Shown one piece after another: positions 48,880 to 61,629 of a stretch of 64,000 bases of DNA. Within the stretch, counting starts at the first letter, position 1. Each line of letters begins with the position of its first letter. A program made the translations under genes and the position numbers. The notes below the pieces were generated by a model that ran no database searches, was not told the origin of the DNA, and saw only the letters and a list, made by a program, of their open reading frames with translations. Source of the DNA: Sulfurospirillum sp. (lineage in GTDB: Bacteria > Campylobacterota > Campylobacteria > Campylobacterales > Sulfurospirillaceae). The DNA lies in NCBI GenBank assembly GCA_045047115.1, contig JASFYR010000019.1, forward strand, positions 32,001 to 96,000, given 5' to 3'.

Positions 48880-51035
48880 ACTTAAATATTTCCGGTATGA
48901 CTTGTGTAAACTGCTCAAATGGCATACAAAAAGTTGTAAATAAACTAGATGGGCTTGAGAGTTCAAAGGTGAACTTTGCCTCAAACAGTGGTGAATTTAT
49001 GATTGACTCCGATAAGCTCGATAAAGATAAACTGATAAAAAAAATCAAATCCCTTGGCTATGGAGTGGAGGAAGATATAAAAGCACTCGAACTTGCAAAG
49101 AAAAAAGCATACACTAAACTAAGAAGACTTTTTATAGTCTCTTTGGTTTTGAGTATCTCTATATTTTTCTTTATGTTTTTTCCTGTGCCGAATATAAATC
49201 TTTATATTATATTTACACTAGGCAGCATAGTTCAGTTTTACCCAGGAGGTAGATTTTATTCGCTTGCATTTAAAGCAGTTAGACATAAAAATTTTGATAT
49301 GAATGTTTTGGTAGCACTAGGAACAAGTGCAGCATATTTTTACTCTGCCTTTGTTGTGCTCTTCCCTTCCCTCTTCCCTCCTCATTTGAGATTTGTATAT
49401 TTTGATGGTGCAAGTGTCATAATCACATTTATCATTTTAGGGCGTCTTTTGGAAGAGAGAAGCAAGGCAAAAGCTACCGATTTTCTAAAAAACCTGATGA
49501 ACCTAGCTCCTCTAAATGCTCAAAAGATAGAGCCAAACGGTGAGATAGTCCAGATTTTGGCAAAAGAGCTGGATATAGGAGATATTGTTTTAGTAAAACA
49601 AGGAGAAAAAATTTCAGCAGATGGGGTTGTCATAGAGGGTGGAGCTGAAATTGATACATCAATGATAACAGGTGAATCCCTGCCTGTGTATAAAACCGTG
49701 GATGACGAAGTGATAGCGGGCACTATAAATATGGCAGGTTTGTTAAAGGCAAAAGTCACAAAATTAGCAAATGACACCACGCTTTCAAAAATCATAGCTC
49801 TGCTAAATGAAGCACAGAGTAAAAGCATGCCAATAGCCAGATTTGCTGATAAGGTGGCAAATATCTTTGTGCCTATCGTTATAGCGATATCTGTTTTGAC
49901 ATTTTTTGTTTGGTACTTTTTTGTCGGTGATGCTCTTGGTGCAATACTCGCTTCCATATCTGTTTTGATTATATCTTGTCCGTGTGCACTTGGACTTGCG
50001 ACCCCTATCGCTATAGTGAGTGCTGTAGGAAAAGGTGCAAAAGAGGGAATTTTGATAAAAAACCCTGAAGTTTTGGAAATCATAAAAAATATAAAGTATG
50101 CGGTATTTGACAAAACAGGTACGATAACCAAAGGTGAAATAAGTGTAAAAGATATCTTTATAGATGAAAAATATTTGGATATCTTAGGTTCTGTTGAGAG
50201 TTATAGTGAGCACCCTATATCTAAAGCTGTCACAAAATATATAAAAGACAAAAGCTTTACATGTAGAGCAAAAGTTGAAGATATAGAGGTCCTGCCGGGA
50301 CTTGGGATAAGTGCAACAAGTGAAACTAAAAAAGTCCTTATCGGCAATGTAACTCTACTAGAAAATGCAAAAGTTGATATATCAAAAAAATATATGGAGT
50401 TTTTTCAAAAGACTATAAGTGCAGGAAATGGAGCAGTATTTGCTAGTATAGACGGTAAATGTGTCGGGGTGATAGCCTTAGAAGACAGTATAAAAGACGG
50501 AGCTGTTGATTTAGTGAAGAAACTCAAAGACAAAGGCATAGTGCCGATTCTTTTGACAGGCGATAATGAAACAACAGCCAAAAAGATAGCTTCTGTAGTT
50601 GGCATAGAGTTGGTTTATGCAGAAGTTTTACCTGATGAAAAATATAAAGTTATAAAAGATTTACAAAAAGATGCAAAAGTATTGTTTGTAGGTGATGGTA
50701 TAAATGACTCTGTCTCTATAAAGCAAGCCGACATTGGTATTGCTCTAAATTCAGGCTCCGACATCACTAAAGATGCAGGAGATATCATTTTGATGAACAA
50801 TGAAATTATATCTGTTCTTAAGAGTATCAACCTTTCGCAAAGAGCGATGAAAACCATAAAGCAAAATCTGTTTTGGGCATTTTTTTACAATTCCATAGGC
50901 ATTCCGATAGCAGCAGGAGCACTGTATCCCCTCTTTGGAATTATGTTAACCCCTGTTTATGCAGGAATTGCTATGAGCTTTAGCTCTGTCAGTGTTGTGC
51001 TTAACTCGCTGAGGCTCAAGTTTTCTAAATTGTAA
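48861..51035 (+). CDS. copA: Cu(I)-type P1B ATPase
   Basis: GMTCVNC, TGES, CPCALGLATP, DKTGT, SEHP, GDGIND, YN..GIP, MSFSS. Confidence 0.93.
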   Translation: MSKEKINLNISGMTCVNCSNGIQKVVNKLDGLESSKVNFASNSGEFMIDSDKLDKDKLIKKIKSLGYGVEEDIKALELAKKKAYTKLRRLFIVSLVLSISIFFFMFFPVPNINLYIIFTLGSIVQFYPGGRFYSLAFKAVRHKNFDMNVLVALGTSAAYFYSAFVVLFPSLFPPHLRFVYFDGASVIITFIILGRLLEERSKAKATDFLKNLMNLAPLNAQKIEPNGEIVQILAKELDIGDIVLVKQGEKISADGVVIEGGAEIDTSMITGESLPVYKTVDDEVIAGTINMAGLLKAKVTKLANDTTLSKIIALLNEAQSKSMPIARFADKVANIFVPIVIAISVLTFFVWYFFVGDALGAILASISVLIISCPCALGLATPIAIVSAVGKGAKEGILIKNPEVLEIIKNIKYAVFDKTGTITKGEISVKDIFIDEKYLDILGSVESYSEHPISKAVTKYIKDKSFTCRAKVEDIEVLPGLGISATSETKKVLIGNVTLLENAKVDISKKYMEFFQKTISAGNGAVFASIDGKCVGVIALEDSIKDGAVDLVKKLKDKGIVPILLTGDNETTAKKIASVVGIELVYAEVLPDEKYKVIKDLQKDAKVLFVGDGINDSVSIKQADIGIALNSGSDITKDAGDIILMNNEIISVLKSINLSQRAMKTIKQNLFWAFFYNSIGIPIAAGALYPLFGIMLTPVYAGIAMSFSSVSVVLNSLRLKFSKL

Positions 51036-51064
51036 ATTTTAATTTTATACAAAAAGGAGTATAA

Positions 51065-51104
51065 TAGACTTGTTGCAATATAGGAATATATCGCAACAAG
51101 TCTA
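51065..51104. repeat. 40-bp dispersed palindrome, copy B
   Basis: TAGACTTGTTGCAATATA-GGAA-TATATCGCAACAAGTCTA. Confidence 0.85.
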
Positions 51105-51144
51105 ATACAATTAGTTACTTAATATGGATTGATGAGGATTTTTT

Positions 51145-54100
51145 ATGGATAATTCTATATTTGTCGGCATTGGTGCTAGTGCCGGCGGACTTAAGGCTTT
51201 GGAGAAGTTGGTCGAAAAACTTCCGATTGCTCTAAACAATGTATATATTATAGCACTTCATCTTGACCCCAGCAAAAAAAGCTCTTTAGCCCAAATATTA
51301 GCAAGATGTTCAACTCTTCCTGTTGTGCAAATAGATTCACAAACAATCTTTTTGCCTAATCACATCTACATCATACCTCCTGGCAGCAATCTTGTCTTTA
51401 GAAATAATCATTTGGTGCTAGAGGCTATATCGGGTGAGGATTTTGTATCAAGCCCAAATGTGGATATCTTATTTGAATCTTTGGCACGGTATAAAAAATC
51501 GAAATCTATGGGTATCGTACTCACAGGTTCCGGAAAAGACGGCTCAACTGGAATCAAGAGTATAAAAGACAGCGGTGGTTATACTATAGCTCAAGATCCC
51601 AAAGAGGCATACCACTCAAATATGCCACAAAATGCAATAGATACAGGCTGTATCTATAAAGTATTAAGCATAGAGCAAATCGCAAAATACCTCTCATCAT
51701 CTCTTTTTATAAACAAAAGACTGCTAAATGAAAAGATTACTCCAAAGATATTAAGAACAATAAAAAAAATTCTAAAAGATCAAGAAGGCTTAAATATAGC
51801 CAAATACAAAGATGATACGATTATGCGACGCATAAACAAAAGGATACTTCTTGTTGGAAATAAAACACAAGAAGAGTATGCGGAGTATATAAAAAACAAT
51901 CCACAAGAAGCACATTTGCTATATCAGGATATTCTGATTGGAGTAACTGCTTTTTTTAGAGATAAATCATCCTTCAAGGCACTGGAAAAAGAGCTTGGCT
52001 CTTATCTGAAAGATAAACCTCAAGATTATGAATTAAGAGTCTGGTCAATCGCATGCTCAAGCGGGGAGGAGGCATACTCTATAGCGATATTGATAGCACA
52101 AATAAGTAAGAAGATGAAGAAAAATTTTAATGTTCATATTTTTGCTACAGATATAGATGATGAAGCACTGGATATTGCGAGAAGTGCTCATTATAGTAAA
52201 AATGCACTTGAGGGCATGGATGAAGAGTTGATTTATCAGTATTTTATCGAGACTCAAAACGGCTATAGAGTGGTGCAGTCAATAAGGGAGCAGATTGTCT
52301 TTACTCATCACAATCTTTTGAGTGAGCCACCATTTATAAAACAGGATATCATAAGTTGCAGAAATCTTTTGATATATATAAAACCAGAAACCCAACAGGA
52401 AACTTTTACTCTTTTTCACTATGCCCTAAAAGACCACGGCATACTTTTTCTTGGTTCATCGGAATCTACACTATTGAGTGTAAGATACTTTTTAGCCCTT
52501 GATTTGGAGCATAAGATATATAAAAAAGAGAAGATGAAAAATCCCCCAAAGCTCTCTAGTCACTATTTTTCCAAACATCTTGAACAGGGTTATAAAAGCA
52601 AACCTGCTGTAATCGATAAAATCCAAACAGTTGATATCGAAGAGCAGATATCTAAAAAAATCTTTAATTTTTTTTGCACCGGAGTGTCTATTGATCGATA
52701 AGGATTATTCCGTAGTTTATAAAAAAGGAAAATTGCCGTTTTTGAACTATAAAGATGGATTTGTTACTCTAAATATCCTGGAAAATATAAATGAAGAACT
52801 ACGCTACGATGTAACTATTTTAATCTCAAAGGCTTTTGATTCCGGCAAGGTTTGTAGGACAAAGTTTATCGAGTTTAGTTCAAGCAGTAGCGATACCGAA
52901 TTTTTGCGTATAATTGCATACCCTTTTAAAGAGATGAGTAGCGATATGCTTCTTTTGTATTTCCAAAAGATAAGCGCAAAAGAGTTGGAGTTCAATACCC
53001 AAAATTCAGTGCTTGCAAAAGAATCTTTGGTCGTCACAAGTCTGGTTAAGCAGCTTCAAGAGATAAAAAAAGAGAATCGATTGTTGATAGATAGAATCAA
53101 TGCAGACAAAGAAAACATGCAACTGCTCAATGAAGAACTCCAAAGCTCAAACGAAGAACTCCAAAGCTCAAACGAGGAGCTAGAGACTTCAAACGAAGAG
53201 TTACAAAGCTCAAACGAAGAGTTACAAGCTTCTATACTCAGTACAAAAACACTAAAACGCCAACTTTCTCTTATATTAAACTCTACACTCAATGGCATGA
53301 TTGGCTTGGATTTGGATGGCAGTGTTACTTTTGTGAATGATTCTGCTATAAATATGCTTGGTTTTTCAAGAGATGAATTGATAGGCAAAGATGGACATCA
53401 GCTCTGGCACCATACAAAGTTTGACGGAAGTGTCTATCCGAAAGAGGAGTGTTCACAACACTATGCCTTAAAAAAAGGCACTTCCAGAAGAAGCGAGGAT
53501 CTGTTTTGGAAAAAAGATGGTGCATCATTTGAAGTTGAAGTTTTACAAAATCCTATAGTAGAAGATGAAGAGATAAAAGGCAGTGTGTTGTCTTTTTATG
53601 ACATAACCCAAAAGAAGAGATTGGAAAAACTACTGCAACAAGAACATCAGCTTGCAGAGCTTTTTATGAGTGCTTGAGGGTACATTGGTGATGACTTTGG
53701 ACTTAAATGCCAATGTAACCATGATAAATGAACAAGGTTGTAAACTTTTGAAGCTTGATTATGATGAGGTCATCGGCAAAAATTTTATCGACAACTTTGT
53801 GCCGGGAGAGATTCGCCACGAGATAAAAAATGTCTTCAATGCTGTTATAAACAAAAGAGTCGAAATGGCATCACGCTACAATAATGAAATCATAGATGCC
53901 GAGGGTCAAAGGCATTTGATGACTTGGACAAATAATTATACTAAAGATATAAATGGAAATATAACAGGTATAGTTTCATCAGGATTTGATATAACAAATG
54001 AGCAAAAATTACAAAAAAAATTAGCTCAAGAGGAGAATTTGTACAGATTGACTTTTGAAGAGGCCGATGTGGGAATTGTACATGCTTCACTTGAGGGAAA

Positions 54101-55492
54101 GTGGATAGATACAAATACCTACCTTACAAATCTCCTGGGATACACAAAAGAGGAGTTTGGGAAGCTTAGCGTATCTGATATAACTCATCCTGACGATAAA
54201 GAAAATGACGATAAAATGATAAGAGACCTAAAAAGTGGCAAAATAAATAATTATCATATAGAAAAACGCTATATCCACAAAAACGGAAGTGTTATATGGG
54301 CAAATATAGCTGTAGTTCTTTTGAAAAATGAGTATGGTAAGGCTCTGTATTTTCTAAAAATTATCAGAGATATTACCGAGCTTAAACTTTTGATGTATCA
54401 ACTTGAAAGTGAAGAAGCCAAACTTAAAAATATCATAGAATTTATACCGATCCCTATCATGATTTATGATGAGGATGGTAAAATTTTGATAGTAAACAAA
54501 GTTTTTAAAGAGAGCATAGGTTATATAAAAGATGAGATACTGGATATCGAATTTTTAGTTCAAAATATATATAAAAACGACGATAAAGAGTTCGCCAAAG
54601 AGTTTTATGATAGACCGTTTAAAACAAAAAAAATTGAAAAATGCAAGCAAGTGTTTTTCAACAAAAAAGGTGAGAAAAAAGTAGGTATATTTAACTCTAT
54701 AATGCTAAAAAACAGCTATGACAACAACAAAAAAATCGTAGTTAGTGCTATCATCGACATTACCGAACTTCAAAATAAAGAAGAGGTTATGATTGCACAG
54801 TCCCGTCAGGCTACCATGGGTGATATGCTTGCTATGATAGCTCATCAGTGGAGACAACCGCTCTCTATCATATCCATGGTTTCAAATAATCTTCACGCAG
54901 ATTTGGAGTTAGGGGAAAAGATCACCGTAAACATGCTGGGGAACTTATAAAGACGCTAGATGAGCAGACTCAGTATCTCTCAAATACGATTGATGATTTT
55001 AGAGAATTTTTCAAGCCTGATAAAAGCAAAGAGAGCATTACTGTATCATCATTGTTTGCAAAAATAGTTACGCTGATACAAAAATCTCTCGAAAGCAATG
55101 ATATAGCCCTGGAGCTTCCTAGGCAAAAAGATATAAAAATTGTTACATATCCAAATCAACTCATTCAGGTTTTGATAAACATCATAAACAATGCAAAAGA
55201 CGCTATTAAACAGAGCAATAAAAAAGACGGGTTGATACGAATCTCATTGCGCAGGGATAAAAAACATATAACCATAAGCATATGCAACAACGGCGATGAA
55301 ATAGAACCCTCTATAAAAGAGAGATTGGGTCAACCATATGTAAGTACAAAATCAAAAAACGGTACAGGACTGGGAGTCTATATGTCCAAAGTGATAGTTA
55401 CAAAGCATTTGGGCGGAAATTTGTACTGGGAAAGTGATAAAAGTAAAACCTGTTTTTATATAGAATTGCCAAACGCAGACAAAGAGTTTTAA
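51145..55492 (+). pseudogene. CheB-CheR-PAS-histidine kinase fusion broken by three frameshifts (fragments 51145-52701, 52631-53677, 53670-54950, ~54941-55492)
   Basis: GASAGG CheB, ACSSGEEAYS/ISCRN CheR, NEELQSS heptads, PAS repeats, AHQWRQP H-box, GTGLG; shifts at T8 (52668-52675), near 53672 and G4 (54938-54941). Confidence 0.8.
53129..53230 (+). repeat. coding 21-bp tandem repeats (NEELQSS heptads)
   Basis: AAYGAAGARYTMCAAAGCTCA-like unit, about 5 copies. Confidence 0.85.
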
Positions 55493-57003
55493 TGTCTTTG
55501 TTGAAAACATTAAAAGAAAGCAGTATAGATATTAAAGTTTTGTATGTAGAAGATGACAAAGCTCTTCTTGAAAGTATTTTTAAGTATTTAAGTTTGATAT
55601 TTTCATATGTACAAACGGCAGAAAATGGAAAAGAAGGTCTGGATAAATATGCCAAAGAGAGTTTTGATATAGTCATAACAGATATCAAAATGCCAAAAAT
55701 GAATGGCTTGGAGATGATAGAAAAGATAAGAGAAATTAACAGTTCTCAGGAGATATTGATAACAACTGCCTTTTCTGAAGCAAACTATCTCTCAAGAGCC
55801 ATTGAGCTTGATGTGAGCGGATATATCATAAAGCCCATAAATTTTGAGAAGATAAATGCTACCTTGCATAAGGTGGTTGCTAGAGTAAATATGTCCAAAG
55901 AAAACGAGAGATATAAAATGAAGCTTGAAGAGATGGTTGAGCAAAGAACGATGCAAAATCTTATGCTCCAAAGGGAGAAAATAGACAATTATGAGAAAAC
56001 TCTTCTTTCTCTTGTTAAACTTGTTGAAAAAAGGGATACATATACCGGTGGTCACTCACAAAGAGTGGCTAACTACTCAAAATTGATAGCAAAACATATG
56101 GGTTTTTCACAAGAAGAGTGTAAGCTTATATATAAAGCCGGAATACTGCACGATATAGGCAAGATAGAGACACCGGATGCTGTACTTTTAAATCCGGGAA
56201 AATTGGATGATTTGCAATTGTCGATTATCAAGGAGCATGTTGTGACCGGTACAAGGCTGCTTGAAAATATTCCGATGTACAGCGGGCTTTCAAAAATAAT
56301 TTCACAACATCATGAGAGATATGATGGAAAAGGCTATCCTTTGTGCCTTAAAAAAGATGAAATCTTGCCTTTGGCTCAAATCATGATTGTAACAGATGCC
56401 TTTGATGCCATGACTACAAACCGGATATATAAACCAAGAATCAAACTCAAAGATGCACTTATTGAACTATCGAGATTTTCAGGAACACAGTTTCATCCCG
56501 AAGTAATTAAGTACGCAATTGAGGTTTTAAAAGATGTCAGATTGGATGAAAATATTTTTCAACTCCCCTCAAGCGATATGGAAGAGAAAAAATTTGCTTT
56601 CTTTTTCGAAGATCAGTTGACAAATGCCTATAACAAAACCTACCTTGAGTTGATTTTTGTCCAAAATAAAAATTCATATAAGAGACGATATATAAATGCC
56701 TTGCTTTTTCATAATTTTGGGAAGTATAACAGCAAGTTTGGCTGGAACAGAGGCAATATTTTTTTGAAGAATGTTGTTTCTATATTAAAGAAACATTATA
56801 ATGACAGTTATATCTTTAGGCTTAATGGTGATGATTTTGTTGTGATGTCAAATGGCAAGATACCCATAAATGTCTCTATGTTTGATGAGCTTTTGGATGA
56901 AACGGATAGAGTCTTGCATATAGAGAAAAAAACATCAACAACCAAAGAGATAAACTCGCTTGAAAAGTTAGAAAAATTTATGGACACCTCTAAAAACCCC
57001 TGA
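55492..57003 (+). CDS. response regulator with HD-GYP phosphodiesterase and degenerate GGDEF domain
   Basis: VEDD/TDIKMP receiver; [23 protein letters not shown]. Confidence 0.9.
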   Translation: MSLLKTLKESSIDIKVLYVEDDKALLESIFKYLSLIFSYVQTAENGKEGLDKYAKESFDIVITDIKMPKMNGLEMIEKIREINSSQEILITTAFSEANYLSRAIELDVSGYIIKPINFEKINATLHKVVARVNMSKENERYKMKLEEMVEQRTMQNLMLQREKIDNYEKTLLSLVKLVEKRDTYTGGHSQRVANYSKLIAKHMGFSQEECKLIYKAGILHDIGKIETPDAVLLNPGKLDDLQLSIIKEHVVTGTRLLENIPMYSGLSKIISQHHERYDGKGYPLCLKKDEILPLAQIMIVTDAFDAMTTNRIYKPRIKLKDALIELSRFSGTQFHPEVIKYAIEVLKDVRLDENIFQLPSSDMEEKKFAFFFEDQLTNAYNKTYLELIFVQNKNSYKRRYINALLFHNFGKYNSKFGWNRGNIFLKNVVSILKKHYNDSYIFRLNGDDFVVMSNGKIPINVSMFDELLDETDRVLHIEKKTSTTKEINSLEKLEKFMDTSKNP

Positions 57004-57166
57004 ATCTCCATATATAAAAGTTACAAAATATAAATTTATGAGACCACTGCACAATGGAGTGTATCCACAGCTTTACCAGATATCGGCGGAAAAGGAGCAA
57101 AGTTTACCATTATATTATAAAATATATCATATAATATCTCTAATAAAAACACAAGGATATGTTTTG

Positions 57167-58429
57167 TTGCATTATTTATCTATAAAAGGAAAGCAAAAGT
57201 TAAGGGGTTCAGTCTCTATATCCGGAGCTAAAAACTCAGCTTTGCCTCTCTTGGCTGCGACTTTGCTCTCTAAAAACAAAATTACTCTATCAAATATTCC
57301 AAGCGTTGTCGATGTTAAAACTCTACTGAAATTATTAGAAAATTTAGGAGCCAAATCAAAATTTAAAGATAGCTCTGTTACAATAGACACTACTACTGTT
57401 GAGTCGGCTTGTGCAAATTATGATATCGTGCGAAAGATGAGGGCTTCCATACTTACTCTCGGCCCTCTTTTAGCCAGGTTTGGTCACTGTGAAGTCTCGA
57501 TGCCCGGAGGTTGTGCCATAGGACAAAGGCCTATAGATTTGCATCTAAAAGCACTGGAGCAGATGGGAGCTACGATAGAACTGAAGCAAGGATATGTAGT
57601 AGCAAAAGCACCGCAGGGATTAAAGGGTGCTACTATCATCTTTGATAAAGTGACTGTTACAGGAAGTGAAAACATACTGATGGCTGCATCTCTGGCTCAT
57701 GGTGTCACAAAACTTGTAAATGTTGCAAAAGAGCCTGAGGTCGTACAGCTTTGCGAAGTTTTAAGAGATGCCGGAGTCAAGATAGAGGGCATAGGAACAT
57801 CAAAAATTACAATTGTAGGAAGCTACGGAGAGTTGCTGGATTTAAAAGATGTAAGAGTTATACCCGATAGAATTGAAGCAGGCACCTATCTTTGTGCAGG
57901 GGCTATAACAAACTCAAAGATAACTATCACAGATGTGATTCCATCTCATCTTGAGTCAATTGTGTTGAAACTTGAACAGATGGGTTTTGGTTTTGAAGAG
58001 AACGAAAACTCCATAACACTTCTGCCAGCACCTAAAATAGAAGCCAGTGATATTGAGACGAGTGAGTATCCCGGATTTCCTACAGATATGCAGGCTCAGT
58101 TTATGGCACTCTGTACGCAGGCAAGTGGTACTAGTATCATTGATGAGAGGCTTTTTGAGAATAGATTTATGCATGTGAGTGAACTTACCCGTATGGGTGC
58201 AAACATAAAGCTCAAAGGCCACAGTGCCACTGTAGAGGGAGATATGAACCTGATAGCAGCCGATGTTATGGCTACTGATTTGCGTGCAAGTTCAGCTCTT
58301 ATACTTGCTGCTCTGGTGGCAGAGGGGACAACTAAAGTGCATAGAATTTATCATTTGGATAGAGGATATGAAAACCTGGAGGGCAAATTTTCTGCTCTTG
58401 GAGCAGATATACAAAGATTGGAAGAGTAA
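57167..58429 (+). CDS. murA: UDP-N-acetylglucosamine enolpyruvyl transferase
   Basis: [37 protein letters not shown] start after AAGGA. Confidence 0.97.
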   Translation: MHYLSIKGKQKLRGSVSISGAKNSALPLLAATLLSKNKITLSNIPSVVDVKTLLKLLENLGAKSKFKDSSVTIDTTTVESACANYDIVRKMRASILTLGPLLARFGHCEVSMPGGCAIGQRPIDLHLKALEQMGATIELKQGYVVAKAPQGLKGATIIFDKVTVTGSENILMAASLAHGVTKLVNVAKEPEVVQLCEVLRDAGVKIEGIGTSKITIVGSYGELLDLKDVRVIPDRIEAGTYLCAGAITNSKITITDVIPSHLESIVLKLEQMGFGFEENENSITLLPAPKIEASDIETSEYPGFPTDMQAQFMALCTQASGTSIIDERLFENRFMHVSELTRMGANIKLKGHSATVEGDMNLIAADVMATDLRASSALILAALVAEGTTKVHRIYHLDRGYENLEGKFSALGADIQRLEE

Positions 58430-59637
58430 TGCAAAAGTTAACATCAACACCACTAAATGAAGCTATAAAATTATCACAAAATTTAGCAGACACCAAACCG
58501 CTTACACAGTGGATAACTATATCATTAGCGCTTGGAAGAGTCTTGGCATCGAAAGTAGTATGCCAGAAAAACCTGCCATCTTTTAATAACTCGGCACTGG
58601 ATGGATATGCTATTAGACACAGTGAAGCAGGAAAGAAGCTTTTTATAAAAGATACTATTTTTGCGGGTCAAAGCAAAGATGGTGATTTGGATAATGGAGA
58701 GTGTTTTAAGATAATGACAGGGGCTAAAATCCCAAAATGTGCAGATACAATTGTTGCTTTTGAAGATGCAAAATTACTCACTGATGGTTTTGTGCAGATG
58801 CCTCAAATTACAAAAAAAGGAAATGCCTTTAGAACAAAGGGAGAAGAGTTGGCAGAGGGGGAGACTCTTTTTAGCAAAGGCACCACTATAGATTCTGCTG
58901 TGTTGGCGATGCTTGCATCTCAGGGAATTTCGCAAATTCAAGTCTATAAAAAAATCACAATAGGAGTATTTTCAACAGGTGATGAGCTAAGAGAACCATG
59001 GGAGGAGGCAACTTGTGATGAGATTTACAATGTTAACTCTAGCTCCTTGATAGCACTTTTTGCTGAGCATGGTTTTGAGGCTGATTATTGCGGGGTCATA
59101 CCTGACTCCCTTGAAGAGAGTAAGAGATATTTTGCCGGGATGAAAAAATACGATGTACTTGTGACAACAGGTGGCATCAGTATGGGTGAAGCTGATTTTG
59201 TGGAAGATGCACTTCTGTACAACGGATTAAAGCCCTTGTTTCATGGAATAAATATAAAACCGGGTCGTCCCACAATGATTGGTAAGATGGATTCTACTAT
59301 AGTAGCTTCCATGCCGGGAAATCCGCTGGCTGCGTATGTAAATGCTTTTTTAATTCTTGTGCCATTACTTAAAAAACTGCAAGGTTGCTTAGAGTTTGAA
59401 CATAAAATTTTAAAGGCTAAAATGGCAAAAGAGTTAAAAGTCAAGCCAAACAGGACAAATTTGGTGCTAGGCAGATATACCAATGGTGAATTTTTTATCA
59501 CGGGTGAAAACAGATATGGCTCAGGTATGATTTTGCCCATGGTGCAGAGCAATGCACTCTTGGTGATATCCGAAGAGAAAAATTTTATAGACAGAGGCGA
59601 AGAGATAAATCTAATAGTTTTTAAAGGAACTTTTTGA
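58429..59637 (+). CDS. moeA: molybdopterin molybdotransferase
   Basis: PSFNNSALDGYA, IMTGA, STGDEL, TGGISMG, KPGRP, PGNP. Confidence 0.95.
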   Translation: MQKLTSTPLNEAIKLSQNLADTKPLTQWITISLALGRVLASKVVCQKNLPSFNNSALDGYAIRHSEAGKKLFIKDTIFAGQSKDGDLDNGECFKIMTGAKIPKCADTIVAFEDAKLLTDGFVQMPQITKKGNAFRTKGEELAEGETLFSKGTTIDSAVLAMLASQGISQIQVYKKITIGVFSTGDELREPWEEATCDEIYNVNSSSLIALFAEHGFEADYCGVIPDSLEESKRYFAGMKKYDVLVTTGGISMGEADFVEDALLYNGLKPLFHGINIKPGRPTMIGKMDSTIVASMPGNPLAAYVNAFLILVPLLKKLQGCLEFEHKILKAKMAKELKVKPNRTNLVLGRYTNGEFFITGENRYGSGMILPMVQSNALLVISEEKNFIDRGEEINLIVFKGTF

Positions 59638-59663
59638 TACCATTTCAAACTTCTAACAAAAGC

Positions 59664-60632
<969 letters not shown>

Positions 60633-60634
60633 TT

Positions 60635-61156
60635 ATGAAATTGACCATAGCTATAAGCGGTGCAAGCGGAGTTAGACTAGGAGAGAGATTTATAGAAAAA
60701 CTACCGTGCGAGATAGAAAAATATATTATTTTTTCGCAAAATGCTAAAACAGTTTTGCAAAAAGAGGAAAATAGATTTTTTCTGGAAAATTCCGATATCT
60801 CAGCACCCACCTCTTCAGGTTCATTTGGATGTGATGCGATGATAATAGTGCCTTGCAGTATGAATACTCTAGCAAAGATTGCTTGTGGTATAAGCGACAA
60901 TCTTATCACTAGAAGTGCCTCAGTGATGATAAAAGAGAGAAAAAAACTAATCATAGCTCCTAGGGAGATGCCTTTTTCTGCGATAGCTTTGGAAAACATG
61001 CTCAAACTCTCAAGATTGGGTGTTGTGATGGCGCCACCGGTGTTAGGATACTATGCTAAAATAGAAAATTTAGAAGATATGGAAGATTTTTTGATTGGAA
61101 AATGGTTTGATTTGTTAGGAATCAGACATAATTTATTTGAAAGGTGGAGAGGATAA
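60635..61156 (+). CDS. ubiX: flavin prenyltransferase UbiX
   Basis: AISGASG, SSGS, PCSMNTLAKIA.G, REMP. Confidence 0.93.
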   Translation: MKLTIAISGASGVRLGERFIEKLPCEIEKYIIFSQNAKTVLQKEENRFFLENSDISAPTSSGSFGCDAMIIVPCSMNTLAKIACGISDNLITRSASVMIKERKKLIIAPREMPFSAIALENMLKLSRLGVVMAPPVLGYYAKIENLEDMEDFLIGKWFDLLGIRHNLFERWRG

Positions 61157-61629
61157 TGTCGAAAAAAGTGGCGATATATCCCGGTACTTTTGACCCTATT
61201 ACACTAGGACACCGCTCAGTGATAAAAAGAGCTAGAAAAATTTTTGACAAGGTGATAGTTGGAGTTGCGGATTCAGGCACCAAAAAGCCTATGTATGATC
61301 TTGAAACAAGAGTTTTAATGGCAAAAGTAAGTTTAAAAGAGATGAAAGGCGTAGAGGTCTCTCCTTTTTACTCGCTTTTGGTGAATTTTTGTCAAGATCA
61401 AAATGTAAACACAATTATCAGGGGTCTTAGAGCTGTCAGCGATTTTGAGTATGAGCTACAGATGGGTTATGCCAATGCTTCAATAGACAAAAATATAGAC
61501 ACGATTTATCTGATGCCAAGTCTCGAACATGCCTTTATAAGCTCTACGGTCGTAAGAGATATAGTAAGACACAAAGGCGATGCGAGTCATCTTGTGCCTC
61601 GTGAAATTTTAGAATTTTTGGATAGATAG
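61156..61629 (+). CDS. coaD: pantetheine-phosphate adenylyltransferase
   Basis: YPGTFDPIT.GH, RGLRAVSDFEYE, ISST. Confidence 0.96.
   Translation: MSKKVAIYPGTFDPITLGHRSVIKRARKIFDKVIVGVADSGTKKPMYDLETRVLMAKVSLKEMKGVEVSPFYSLLVNFCQDQNVNTIIRGLRAVSDFEYELQMGYANASIDKNIDTIYLMPSLEHAFISSTVVRDIVRHKGDASHLVPREILEFLDR

Noticed and set aside
53129..53230. Novel tandem repeat array
   Set aside because: Encodes the NEELQSS coiled-coil heptads typical of CheB/CheR fusion proteins.
59624..59640. sigma54 promoter for flgA (GGAACTTTTTGATA)
   Set aside because: Lacks the GC at -12 (GG-N10-TA); better read as an extended -10 TGATACCAT for the tRNA.
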